A stretch of 64,000 nucleotides of DNA, from assembly GCF_009914755.1 (NCBI RefSeq), contig NC_060930.1; one strand, written 5' to 3'. This stretch comes from the human T2T-CHM13v2.0 reference genome, Homo sapiens. The first letter of the stretch is position 1, and the number at the start of each line of letters is the position of its first letter. The position numbers and the translations under genes are program-made. The notes under the pieces were generated by a model. That model was not told the DNA's origin and did not search any database. It saw only the letters and a program-made list of their open reading frames with translations. Positions 16,044-32,085 of this stretch are shown here, one piece after another.

Positions 16044-17553
16044 TTAGCTAACAATATGCTTTCAAAGCATCCACCATTATAGCACAAAACACATCATAGC
16101 ATGTACCCATTTCTCACTTAATAAGAACAAGATTTACTATTTACATTGCTATCGTTTTTGCTTAATACTGTAGCCTTGGGAATTGTTTGCCAAGGAGCCA
16201 CCATGGGAAAGATGCACAGTCACAAAAATAATTATAGGTATCCAGTCATTTGTTAAAACTATTTTTTAAATAACAAACGTTGTATAAATGCAGGATATTT
16301 TTCTTAACCTTAATGTAGCAATGAACATCTGTAAACCTTTTTATATTTTGCAGAGAATTTTCACTTTTCCATATTATCTTCTGAATTAGGATTTTACCCA
16401 TAAGATAGGTAAGGCAAGTATTACTTAGTAGATAAACATGAGAAACTAAGGTTTCCAGGGATGAAGTGATTTACCCAAGGATGCCAAGGAACAAGACTTC
16501 ACACAGGAGAGCTCCAGGTCAAACGTCCCCTCCACACCCTATGTCCGTTCACTCCCCTAGGACCTCCTCAGGGGCTGCCTGGAAGAGGAAGCTTGGGCTG
16601 GACAGGATCTCCTAGGTCCCCAGGCTCTGAGGATACAACTCTTTTATGTATCACTTATGCCCTGAAGCATGTTTAGGGTTAAGAATGCAGAGTGAGAAAT
16701 TCACGTGCTGAAATGCTAAGTACTGCGGGGAAGGTAAAGTCCAGGATGGAGCATCCTGAGCTAAGACCAAGTGTAGGAGCAGGAACATGAACCAGTTCAC
16801 CAACATCAGGGTTCACCTATCCTCAGGACTCACTTCCATGCTTCCCTCTCAGCAGCGGTCTAGTCTTCCAGCTGTCATACAACTGACCATCAGCCCCATC
16901 TCATGGAGAAACGTTTTGCTCAATCCCCTGTGGATCAAATAAAAATGGTTTGCTTCAAGTAGAGTTGGAAACTAACTCACAAAGCTGTAGGCATTTTTTT
17001 GTCATGGTAGATGGATGGAAGGTTATTTTTCAAAGTTGCAGACATTTATGCATAAGGATTAGCCTGACTAAGATTCTTGCTCACAGACACAGAGAGTGGA
17101 ACAAAAAGAGTCATCCAAAGGGAGCAGGCCTTTGGTGACATACCAAACACTGAGGAACTGACCAGAGCCCAGCCCGTGAGAAATATTTATTTTATTCATA
17201 CATCATAAGTCGTCTTTTTTTGTGGATAGGAAACTGGCACAGAAACCAGTTAGAAGGAGAAGAAATACTGAGTATGCAGCAGAATGACAGCAGCAAAGAT
17301 GCCATGTTGAAGAGATGGGATTGCCAGGGCAATGAGACGTAGAAACATCAATTATAACATCACGTGTAGAACCAGATAGGACCATTAGCAAAGGTGGGGA
17401 TGTCAGATTGGTGAGATTGTGGGTTCAGGGGTGAGGAAGGGAGTGGAATACGCCCTTCTTGAGGGGACCCATCATGGGCATGTTAATGGGCATCAAGGCT
17501 GCACTGCTGAGATGGTAGTGTGAGATGACCAGGAAGAAAGTGTGCTGGTGCTA

Positions 17554-17948
<395 letters not shown>

Positions 17949-17964
17949 AGAAAAGATGATCGAG

Positions 17965-18200
17965 ATGCTTAAGCACCTGACTCCAAGGTCAGAATGCCTA
18001 GGTTTGAATCCTAGCTCTGACATTTGCTAGCCCTATAAACTTAGTCAATCATTTAACCTCTCTGTCCCTCAATAGCCTCATTGGCAACATGGAACTAATA
18101 GCAGCCTCTGCTACACAGGGTGTGGCCATCGCTGACTATGTTCATATACGGAAAGCATGGAGAATAGTGTCTAGTGAATATTTAGTGCTACAGAAAGGCG
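17965..18200 (+). mobile_element. MIR relic
   Basis: ggtttgaatcctagctctg..atttaacctctctgtccctca. Confidence 0.7.
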
Positions 18201-19419
18201 TATTAGTGAAAATAATAGTGGCAATGATAAAAATATGAATGGATGTTTACATTTGGGGAGGAAGAGGAAAGGAAAAGAATAAAGCAGCAGCAAAAGGCAA
18301 CCTAGGGGAAACCAAAAAGGGGAGAACTTACCAATGACTCCTCATGTAAATAAAATGCTAAGAGGGTTTTAGGCTGGAGAGGTTAATTAACAATATTAAA
18401 GGCTAGAGAAAGGGCCAGGGAAATCATACCTGAGAAAATATTCCTAGATTTGGGAGGTTGGAGGCCATTGATGACCTTAAGGAAAGCAGTTACCATAGAC
18501 AATGGCAAGCAGCAGCCAATGTTTAAGTGAGGGGAACAGGGTAAGAAACAAGAAGTGCAGGCTATTCATTCAAGAATTTTAAAGGGGAAAAAGGAGGGGG
18601 AATAAGAGAGTTGCCAATGGGACTGCGGCATATAAAGTAGACTTGTTTTAAGGCTGGGAAATCTTAATATATCAAAAGAGAGAAGAGGCCCACAGAAAGA
18701 AAGAGAATAAGGCAACGAGTTAAAAGTAGAGAAAACTAATGAGGCTGGATGTGTGAGGAGGCAGCAGGAATTCAACCATGGCACAGGGAGGGGAGTGTCG
18801 AAGAGGGAAGGGCCGTGCCTGTCCTCGGAAAAGAGAAGGAAGGGACAGGAGAACATGCAGATAAATACTGAGGTGGAGCGGGGACAGTGAGGGGGCTGAA
18901 TTTAAATGGAAATGTTCTTCCCATTAAAGTGAAGTCCATTTTCCAGGGATGCTTGAGGGTTATTGGGTTGAGAATTTGAGAAAAAAAATAATTTAAAGAA
19001 AAAAAAAACACTCCTGGTTTCTGTATGATGTGTTACACGAATGCCTAGGAGACTCAATTACCACATTTTTGTGACCATCTTCGGCAGCTCTTGGTCACAT
19101 GGAAGCTAGACGCAAAGTCCAAGATTGGCAAATCCAGAGCACAGGTGTTCCAGGACACTAAGAAGAGTACAGCTGAGATACCTGACCAGGCTAGGCAGGG
19201 GAACTGTGAAGCCAGGAGGGACTGTAAGGACCAGAAGAGCAGAGACAGCACCATACTTAAGGTTTTGTTAAGAATAAAAAATACAAAAAAAAAGTATGTA
19301 GGAAGTAAAGTATTAGGAGGGTGGTTATGGCTGGGAAGAAAGGCAGGGGCGGGACCACAGAACTAGAGACACTAGAAGTCGAGAGCCACCTATTAGGGAT
19401 GATCGCTTGACTTTGGGGA

Positions 19420-20500
19420 TGAGCTAGAGGGTCATTTCACAAGGACGGGTCCCCAGATGCCCTTGGCCAACCCAGCTCTCCCCTGCTCCTAATTCTCAAC
19501 TGTAGGATGTGCTGGGAATGCAACCTCTCGAGATAAGAAGGAATGGTCTAGAACAGCCCAGGCTCTGTTCCCATTCCTCTCATAATAGTGATATAGGAGT
19601 TAAGAAGAAATTACTTAGGCAGATAGTGAGGGTACAGGAGTAAGGTTTTTCCTTTTTAATGAAAAGCCGCCCCCAAATCATTTTCTAACAAAGAGCAGCC
19701 TGTAAAATTGAGCTGCAGACATAGACAAGCAAGCTGGAAGCTTGCACAGGTGAATGCCCACAGGAAAAATGCTACCTGGGACTAGACATGTTCAAAATGG
19801 CAGCTCCATCTTCCCTCCTCTTTGCCAGCCACGTGTACAGTAAGGAGCAGACGAGATTGCGCCAGTCAGGTGGAAAGCCCATTTGCATAATAAGATTAGG
19901 GTGGGGTGGCCAGCCATCCCTGCACGCTATGTAAACGTCACACCTGATCGAACCAATCTGTGAGCCCTACCTAAATCAAACACTGCCTACTCAAGCCTGC
20001 CTATAAAATCCAGAGAACTCCACCAGCCGCTCTTTCCTTTTGGAAGCCCCTCTTTCCTTTTGGAAGCCCCTCTCTCTCACTAGAGAGAGAACGGTTCTCC
20101 TTTCTCTTTCTTTTGCCTATTAACGTCCTCTCCTAAATTCCTCATGTGTGTCCGTGTCCTAAATTTTTTTGGCGCTAGACGACGAAGCCCGGGCACTTAC
20201 CCCAGACAACACCACCACTTCAATAGAATGTACAGGCCCCGCAATCCCAATCTTCCCCAGGATGTAGAAACCCAGAGCAGAGTGCTTTGGGGGTCCCCTG
20301 GCGGTGGTAGGATGTAGGGCATGCACAGACAAATCCCATCCGCCACACGCAGCTTTCCCTTTACCTTGGGAGATGCGCTTGCCAGGAATCCTAGGCTTCT
20401 TTTGTGTCTTGTTTGTCTGTATTACAGTTGCTCCACTTAATTTGTTGTGCATGTGTTCCATCTTACCAGACTGGTGCAAGTGTTGGAAACTTCAGATTGG
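19420..20500. mobile_element. Older ERVL-type LTR (MER54/73/74-like) interrupted by the MER50-like LTR
   Basis: gctgggaatgcaac..gagataag..gaacagcccaggctctgttcc on the left resumes after 20226. Boundaries approximate. Confidence 0.45.
19589..20222 (+). mobile_element. ERV1 solo LTR (MER50-like)
   Basis: TG...CA termini and a 4-bp TSD ATAG (19585-19588 / 20223-20226). The start tgatataggagttaagaagaaattacttaggcagatagtgagg matches my recollection of MER50. CCAAT and TATA boxes inside. Confidence 0.82.
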
Positions 20501-21428
20501 TAACTGGTGCACACCAAGCCTGCTTCACAGTAGTGGGTGCCAAGGAGCTGCTAGGCCTATCCTGTTTCATCCGAGAGGAAAACCTCACTAATCCTTTTCC
20601 TATTTCTAACTTTTTTCTTGCTTCAGTCCAGAGACCAAAATTAAAATGTAAAAGGTAGGATTCTACAAGACAAATGCTGTTTTTTGTTTCTTTGTTATCA
20701 TTTTTATTATTATTGTCATTATTGTTATCCTATAACTTGTCATTTTCAAGACAACCTTTGGAGAGAAGGGGAAAAAAACACATGGGCTCTGATCCCATCT
20801 CAAACTGGAACCACACTTTTTGATTCTCAGTGTAGAGCTCATTAGTGCTGCCTGGGTTACTTCCATCAGCAAAAACAACTCTGGTCTAGGACTTCCTAAA
20901 ATAACAGAGGCCAGAAACTCTTTTCCTGAGCTTGCCAAACTTGTGCGTTTCCATGACTTTGAAAATACCTGTGCTTTAGCCTGGAACACTCTTCCTACTA
21001 CTCTTGCCTACTTAAAAAATTCTAACTTATCCCTCAAGTCTCAGATGAAGAAGTACTTGTTCTATGCAGCTCCCACGGATTCACTCAGACAGCAAGTACC
21101 ACAGAGTCAGTATTTTTCAAAATAATGCCTGAGAGTTCCTTAGATCAGTGAGTCATGTCCTTCCCTGCACACCAGCTACCACCAAAGCCAAGCCAATAAA
21201 GCTTGGCTCTCCATCTGAGTCCATTTTGCTTTTGTATTTTGCTATAACAGCATATCACAGACCAGGTATTCTGTGTAAACACAAATGGTAGCAATTCTAG
21301 CAAAATACAAATGCTTAGTCCATTTGTATTTTGCTATAACAGAATACCACAGACTGAATCATTTATGAACCAAAGAAGTTCATTTGGCTCACAGTTCTGG
21401 ACGCTAGGAAGTTTAAGATTGAGGGGTC

Positions 21429-22327
21429 GGAGGAGGAGCCAAGATGGCCGAATAGGAACAGCTCTGGTCTACAGCTCCCAGCATGAGCGACGCAGAAGAC
21501 GGGTGATTTCTGCATTTCCATCTGAGGTACCGGGTTCATCTCACTAGGGAGTGCCAGACAGTGGGCGCAGGCCAGTGGGTGCGCGCACCGGGCACGAGCC
21601 GAAGCAGGGCGAGGCATTGCCTCACCTGGGAAGCGCAAGGGGTCAGGGAGTTCCCTTTCCGAGTCAAAGAAAGGGGTGACGGACGCACCTGGAAAATTGG
21701 GTCACTCCCACCCGAAGATTGCGCTTTTCAGACCGGCTTAAAAAACGGCGCAGCAGGAGACTATATCCCACACCTGGCTCAGAGGGTCCTACGCCCACGG
21801 AATCTCGCTGATTGCTAGCACAGCAGTCTGAGATCAAACTGCAAGGCAGCAACGAGGCTGGGGGAGGGGCGCCCGCCATTGCCCAGGCTTGCTGAGGTAA
21901 ACAAAGCAGCCGGGAAGCTCCAACTTGGTGGAGCCCACCACAGCTCAAGGAGGCCTGCCTGCCTCTGTAGGCTCCACCTCTGGGGTCAGGACACAGACAA
22001 ACAAAAAGACAGCAGTAACCTCTGCAGACTTAAATGTCCCTGGCTGACAGCTTTGAAGAGAGCAGTGGTTCTCCCAGCACACAGCTGGAGATCTGAGAAC
22101 GGGCAGACTGCCTCCTCAAGTGGGTCCCTGACCCCCGAGCAGCCTAACTGGGAGGGACCCCCCAGCAGGGGCACACTGACACCTCACATGGCAGGGTATT
22201 CCAACAGACCTGCAGCTGAGGGTGCTGTCTGTTAGAAGGAAAACTAACAAACAGAAAGGACATCCACACCGAAAACCCATCTGTACATCACCATCATCAA
22301 AGACGAAAAGTAGATAAAACCACAAAG
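21429..22327 (+). promoter_or_regulatory. L1 5'UTR: CpG-rich internal sense promoter plus antisense promoter
   Basis: YY1 motif CAAGATGGCCG at ~21440-21450; RUNX3-site region ~21510-21530; SOX-type AACAAA at ~21900 and ~22000; many retained CpGs. The ~900-bp length matches the short 5'UTR of L1PA2/L1HS. Confidence 0.9.
21664..21879 (-). CDS. LINE-1 ORF0 (primate antisense ORF), 71 aa
   Basis: ATG at 21879-21877 inside the ORF-track frame 21664..21948 gives MAGAPPPASLLPCSLISDCCASNQRDSVGVGPSEPG...RCVRHPFL, matching known ORF0 in length and sequence. Confidence 0.88.
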   Translation of the reverse strand: MAGAPPPASLLPCSLISDCCASNQRDSVGVGPSEPGVGYSLLLRRFLSRSEKRNLRVGVTQFSRCVRHPFL

Positions 22328-23344
22328 ATGGGGAAAAAACAGAACAGAAAAACTGGAAACTCTAAAACACAGAGCGCCTCTCCTCCTCCAAAGGAACGCA
22401 GTTTCTCACCAGCAACGGAACAAAGCTGGATGGAGAATGACTTTGACGTGCTGAGAGAAGAAGGCTTCAGACGATCAAATTACTCTGAGCTACGGGAGGA
22501 CATTCAAACCAAAGGCAAAGAAGTTGAAAACTTTGAAAAAAATTTAGAAGAATGTATAACTAGAATAACCAATACAGAGAAGTGCTTAAAGGAGCTGATG
22601 GAGCTGAAAACCAAGGCTCGAGAACTACGTGAAGAATGCAGAAGCCTCAGGAGCCGATGCGATCAACTGGAAGAAAGGGTATCAGCAATGGAAGATGAAA
22701 TGAATGAAATGAAGCGAGAAGGGAAGGTTAGAGAAAAAAGAATAAAAAGAAATGAGCAAAGCCTCCAAGAAATATGGGACTATGTGAAAAGACCAAATCT
22801 ACGTCTGATTGGTGTACCTGAAAGTGATGCGGAGAATGGAACCAAGTTGGAAAACACTCTACAGGATATTATCCAGGAGAACTTCCCCAATCTAGCAAGG
22901 CAGGCCAACGTTCAGATTCAGGAAATACAGAGAACGCCACAAAGATACTCCTCGAGAAGAGCAACTCCAAGACACATAATTGTCAGATTCACCAAAGTTG
23001 AAATGAAGGAAAAAATGTTAAGGGAAGCCAGAGAGAAAGGTCGGGTTACCCTCAAAGGGAAGCCCATCAGACTAACAGCGGATCTCTCGGCAGAAACCCT
23101 ACAAACCAGAAGAGAGTGGGGGCCAATATTCAACATTCTTAAAGAAAAGAATTTTCAACCCAGAATTTCATATCCAGCCAAACTAAGCTTCATAAGTGAA
23201 GGAGAAATAAAATACTTTACAGACAAGCAAATGCTGAGAGATTTTGTCACCACCAGGCCTGCCCTAAAAGAGCTCCTGAAGGAAGTGCTAAACATGGAAA
23301 GGAAAAACTGGTACCAGCCGCTGCAAAATCATGCCAAAATGTAA
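22328..23344 (+). CDS. LINE-1 ORF1p (RNA-binding chaperone; coiled coil, RRM, CTD), 338 aa
   Basis: MGKKQNRKTGNSKTQSASPPPKERS...QNHAKM. REKG, RR261-262 and YPAKLS motifs are present; canonical length. Confidence 0.97.
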   Translation: MGKKQNRKTGNSKTQSASPPPKERSFSPATEQSWMENDFDVLREEGFRRSNYSELREDIQTKGKEVENFEKNLEECITRITNTEKCLKELMELKTKARELREECRSLRSRCDQLEERVSAMEDEMNEMKREGKVREKRIKRNEQSLQEIWDYVKRPNLRLIGVPESDAENGTKLENTLQDIIQENFPNLARQANVQIQEIQRTPQRYSSRRATPRHIIVRFTKVEMKEKMLREAREKGRVTLKGKPIRLTADLSAETLQTRREWGPIFNILKEKNFQPRISYPAKLSFISEGEIKYFTDKQMLRDFVTTRPALKELLKEVLNMERKNWYQPLQNHAKM

Positions 23345-23380
23345 AGACCATCGAGACTAGGAAGAAACTGCATCAACTAA

Positions 23381-27235
<3,855 letters not shown>

Positions 27236-29594
27236 ACAATGAGAGCACATGGACACATGAAGGGGAATATCACACTCTGGGGACTGTGGTGGGGTGGGGG
27301 GAGCGGGGAGGGATAGCATTGGGAGATATACCTAAGGCTAGATGACGAGTTAGTGGGTGCAGCGCACCAGCATGGCACATGTATACATATGTAACTAACC
27401 TGCACAATGTGCACATGTACCCTAAAACTTAAAGTATAATTAAAAAAAAAAAAAGGTGAGAAAGAAAAAAAAAAAAAGATTGAGGGGTCATATCTGGTGA
27501 GGGTCTTCTTCCTGTGTCATAACATGGCAGAAGGCATTACATGGCAAGAGCACAGGAGAGAGAGGGGGAACAGAATGGGGCCAAATTCATCCTTTTATCA
27601 GGAACTCACTCCCACAATAACAGCATTAAGCCATTCAAGAGGGCAGATCCCTCCTGACTTAATCACCTCTTAAAGGTCCCACCTCTCAACACTGTTGCAT
27701 TGGGGATTAAGTTTCAACACATGAACCTTGGGGGATACACTCAAACCATAGCACTCCTCTATCAAGAAAGAACATATGACAAAGAAAATGTCTTTTCCAG
27801 GGAGAATGGGAAATGGAAATCTGGACCTTTCTAGCCCAGAAGAGAGTAGAAGGACAAAGAGAAGCTGAAGGCAGGCAGGTCACACTGATTCGTAACATCT
27901 GTGTGTCATGGTTTCCCACCTACCAGGTAGGTTGGAGGATTAGGTTGGAAGAAATCAAAGGACATGGGTTTTGTGTGTGCCCCAGTTTCTATTTGGAATT
28001 CAGATGAGACTGCTGGGCTTGATGCCCCTTTAGCAACATGGTGTGCTGCACTGAGTAAAAATGGCAGCGCACTGTGGTGAGGAAGAAAGAGCTTTGGTTA
28101 TCATTCTCAGGCATCCCTCAACTTCTGTGGCAGAAGCAGCCCCACCTGCCCTGTGGAGAAAGGGAAGGTACCTGATGATGCTTGCCAGGGAGTGAGTAGA
28201 GAGGGGAATGGTAATGTGGAAAAGGGTGGGAAGGTCACCAAATAGCCAAGGACCTCTGGGCAGCCTTGGCCTCCAAGCCCCAGGGGGTTCCTGCAGTACC
28301 AGGAAGGACTGAGGGAGAGCCCAGTCAGCAGAGAAAGACCCTGAGGCCAAGATAACATGGGGCACAAGTCCATCTGTCCGTCACCATCCTTAGTGATAGG
28401 TGGGCAGAGGTCACTGCATGCAGAGCCTGGGGAACATAAAGGACAACAAAGGGTCCAACAAATGTGTCTACAAGACATTTTTCTTCCCCACCTCCACAAG
28501 ACCACGAGTGAGTCAATCCCCACTCCCAGACACTCATGCCATTTTGGAATAGGTCACAATGAAAGGGAAGAAAACTAAAACGCTAAACATATACTGGAAA
28601 GGAATTAAATTACTTATAAAAGTTGATTTATGCCAGAAGAGATGGAGCTAAATTAACGAGTCTTAATTGACTATTTAACTTAGTAACTAATTTCACTAGC
28701 TAGGTTGAGATAACGAACTAGTTAAAGCCAACACACACATAGATGTAGACACACAACACAGATCAAGTTGGACGGGGACCTGCAGAAAAGACCACTATAG
28801 AACATAGAGGGCTAAGTTTTCTCTTTAAATAAGTTTATGATCCTGTTATGCAAAGCCCATACTATATTGTAGTTGTTTACTGACACATATTCTCACATTA
28901 AACTGAAGTTTTGAGAGTCAAGACCCTGTATGTTCAACTTCTAATTCTACAATAATTCCTGGCATACAAGAAGTCCCTAAAAATATTTGCAGAATAAAGG
29001 AAGAGAAGAATTAGGGTTGCCAAGGTAGTGTGAGAATAACCACTGGGCAATCTTAATTGACATGCATAACAGCAAAATAGACTCAAGAATCCAACCAAGA
29101 CAATCTACCTCTGTCTTGGCTTTTGAAGAGCTTTAGTTCTGAGTTTTCTTAGTGTCTGTTCTCCTTTATTTTTTCCTTTCTTGCTCCACCGAGGCATTAA
29201 GAAGAAAGGAAACAGAAGACTTTACCTAATGAGCTCTTCCAAATGTTTCTGAGCATCCCCTCCCCACCTCTGGATGTGTTTGTAGGCCACTGTAAAGGTA
29301 CAGGAATGATGAGGGAAGCAGGCAAGCAGAATGGACTGTGAGAAACCAGGAAGTCAAAGCACACACGCATGCACACAGACAGTTAACCAACAAGTGGCCC
29401 AGTCATAACCATATGTTAATAAATACACATATGTAAATATACATACATATATATGCTGAAAAAATATATAAGGCAAGTATAAACTAGTCTACCTGAAACC
29501 CTAGACATTATTTTACCCTATGTTCTATCCAGTCTTGCTCCATAATAGGAAACAATAAGAAACACTGCTAAGTGGCCTTTAAAAATAATCTTTG

Positions 29595-29966
29595 TGTATT
29601 AGTCCGTTTTCACACTACTATAAAGATACTAGCCAAGACTGGGCAATTTATAAACAAAAGAGGTTTAATTGACTCACAGTTCAGCATGGCTGGGGAAGCC
29701 TCAGGAAACTTACAATTGTGGCAGAAGGGGAAGCAGCCACCTTTTTCACAAATCAAAAGGAGAGAGAAGAGCAAGCAAAGTGGGAAGGACCCCCTATAAA
29801 ACCATCAGCTCTCATGAGAACTCACTCATTATCATGAGAGCAGTATGGGGGAAACCACCCCATGATAAAATCACCTCCCTCTAGGTCCCTCCCTTGACAT
29901 GTGGGGACTATAGAGATTACAATTCCAGATGAGATTTGGATGGGGACTCAGAGCCAAACCATATCA
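29595..29966 (-). mobile_element. THE1-type MaLR solo LTR
   Basis: tgtattagtccg...ccaaaccatatca; perfect 5-bp TSD CTTTG. Confidence 0.9.
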
Positions 29967-30099
29967 CTTTGTAATTGCTTATAGGAGTGCCATGATGACT
30001 TTGACCAAATTCTGCTAAAAGGAGTCTTGTAAAACAGGACCAGGGTCTCTGCAGGAATTAGAATTGGGATGAAGGGAGGAAGGGAAGACCTAGCTGAGT

Positions 30100-30470
30100 C
30101 ACAGTGCTGTTGACTCCTGGACACCATTTTCTCCTCCTATCATCCCCCAGCTATGCTGCAGAGCAGGACATCCAAAATGTACATTTTCCAAGATCCTGGT
30201 CAGATTCTACTCAGAAGGAGCACTCACATGTGACTTGGAAGGCAGAAGAGAAGCGGTCATCACAGTGGTGCTCCTCTGGCAGTGAGGGGAACATGTGGGC
30301 TTTGGCAGATGTGCGATTTTGGGTGAGCCGCAAGAGTTCTGGAGGCAGCTGCATCTGCTGGAGACCTTACAGCCTGCTGCCTCTCTCAAAGCTAAGTCAT
30401 CTCCTGTATTAAATTCCTTCCTTCTTGAAATGCCTGGAGTTGTTTCCATTTCTTTGAACATCCCTGATGC
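30100..30470 (+). mobile_element. Old ERVL LTR relic (LTR33/LTR16-like)
   Basis: ttaaattccttcc..gaaatgcctggagttgtttccatttc 3' end pattern. Confidence 0.4.
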
Positions 30471-31153
30471 AATGGAACTTAACAGTTCATCTTATTCTAT
30501 GGTGGAACAGAGAACATATTTTTAGGAAATGTTAGCAAGAGATGAGCTTTTATAAATCCCTCCCCTCCTTAACCCACCAGCAAATCCTTTTGCCTTGTCT
30601 TACAAGTCAGCTTGCATAGTCACTTCCTAATCCTGTGATGATCACTCCAGGGCAAACACCCCTAGCTCCCATCCAGTCCCCCTCATCTAACATAAGACGT
30701 AGACAGAGACTCAGCACTACAGCTTCTTCTGGGTCCCCCGCATTGCTCTCATGGTCAAAGGTCTTCTGTGGCTATATCCTCCCACCTCAGAGCTTAAACG
30801 CTCTTACCATCCAGTCCCTCCAGAGCCTGGCTGTCCCCAGCCACCTTTACAGCACTTCCCTAGCCCATCACATCTCTAGCCAGGCTGTTCTCCCTCCTTT
30901 CACCAGCACACCACATGCATCATGCCTTGCTTCCTTCGTTCAAGCTTTCCCTCCCCGAGAATGCCCAACCACATTTGCAGAGACAGCTCAAGTCTTAGCT
31001 CCTCCATGAAGACTTCTCTAACCACACAAAATTCCATCAATACCTTGCTCCTCAGAACTGAAATATTTGAGCCAAGGAGATTGCCTACAAAGTCCAGCTC
31101 AAATTGTTGACCCAGAGACTTGGGAGTTAAATGCATGGCTAGCTTTAAACTAC

Positions 31154-31482
31154 CATCAGCCCTCTGTATCCATAGGTTCCACACCTGTGGATTCAACCAA
31201 GTGCAGATAGGAAATATTTTTTTAAAAAATTTCATCAGTACTGAACATGCACACTTTTTTCTTTGTCATTATTCCCTAAACAATATAGCATAATAACTTA
31301 TTATATAACATTTACATTGTAGTAGGTATAAGTAATATAGAGATGATTTAAAGTATACGCGAGGATGTGTGTAGGTGATAAGCAAATACTGCTCCATTTT
31401 ATAGCAGGGAGTTGTGTCATCTGTGGATTGTTGGTATCCAAGGAAGAGGGTCCTGATAACCACAGATATCAAGGGATGACTG
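31154..31482. mobile_element. MER2 (Tigger-derived) element
   Basis: ccctctgtatccataggttccac..ggattcaacc..gatatcaagggatgactg. Confidence 0.82.
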
Positions 31483-31559
31483 CACTACCTTTTGGCACGG
31501 TTTCTTGGCAGACACTAATGGCTAAAGGCTGCTCCAGCTCCTACAGTATCTTTTCCACA

Positions 31560-32085
31560 TGGCAACCAGCAATCTTTTTACACTGGATATCAAAGCACAC
31601 ACCTTCCCCGCTTGGCTTCTCCTACACCATGTCCCCAACATGAGCAACCAGTCACTCCATTTTCGCCACACTAGTCTTTTGCTCTTCCCTGAAGAAGCCA
31701 TGCTTGTTCCCACCTCAAGACATTGGCATGTGCTGTTCCAACCATCTGGAAAGCTCTTCTGTTAGAACCTCACATAACTCCCTCCCCTTCACTGCATCTC
31801 ACTTCTCTACTCAAATGTCAGCACCTCAGAGAAGCCTTCTCAGATAATTCTTTCTGCCATGCCTTCTCCTCAGGCTCTGTCCTCTTACTCTATTTTTCTG
31901 TATTTACGCAATACTTCTATGACGTATGTATTTGTTCAGTGGTTTATTTTTCATCACTCTAAAAATGAAGCTTTCCGAGGATGAAGAGCCCAGTGCCTCA
32001 CGGACCATTATCCCCCTAACAGCAAAAACTGTGCCCAACACATAGCAGCAGCTCAGGAAAGATTTGTAGATTGAAAACATGAATG
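31560..32085 (+). mobile_element. L2 3' relic
   Basis: tcaaatgtca..ctcagagaagccttctc..gtgcccaacacatagcag..tgaatga. Confidence 0.6.
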
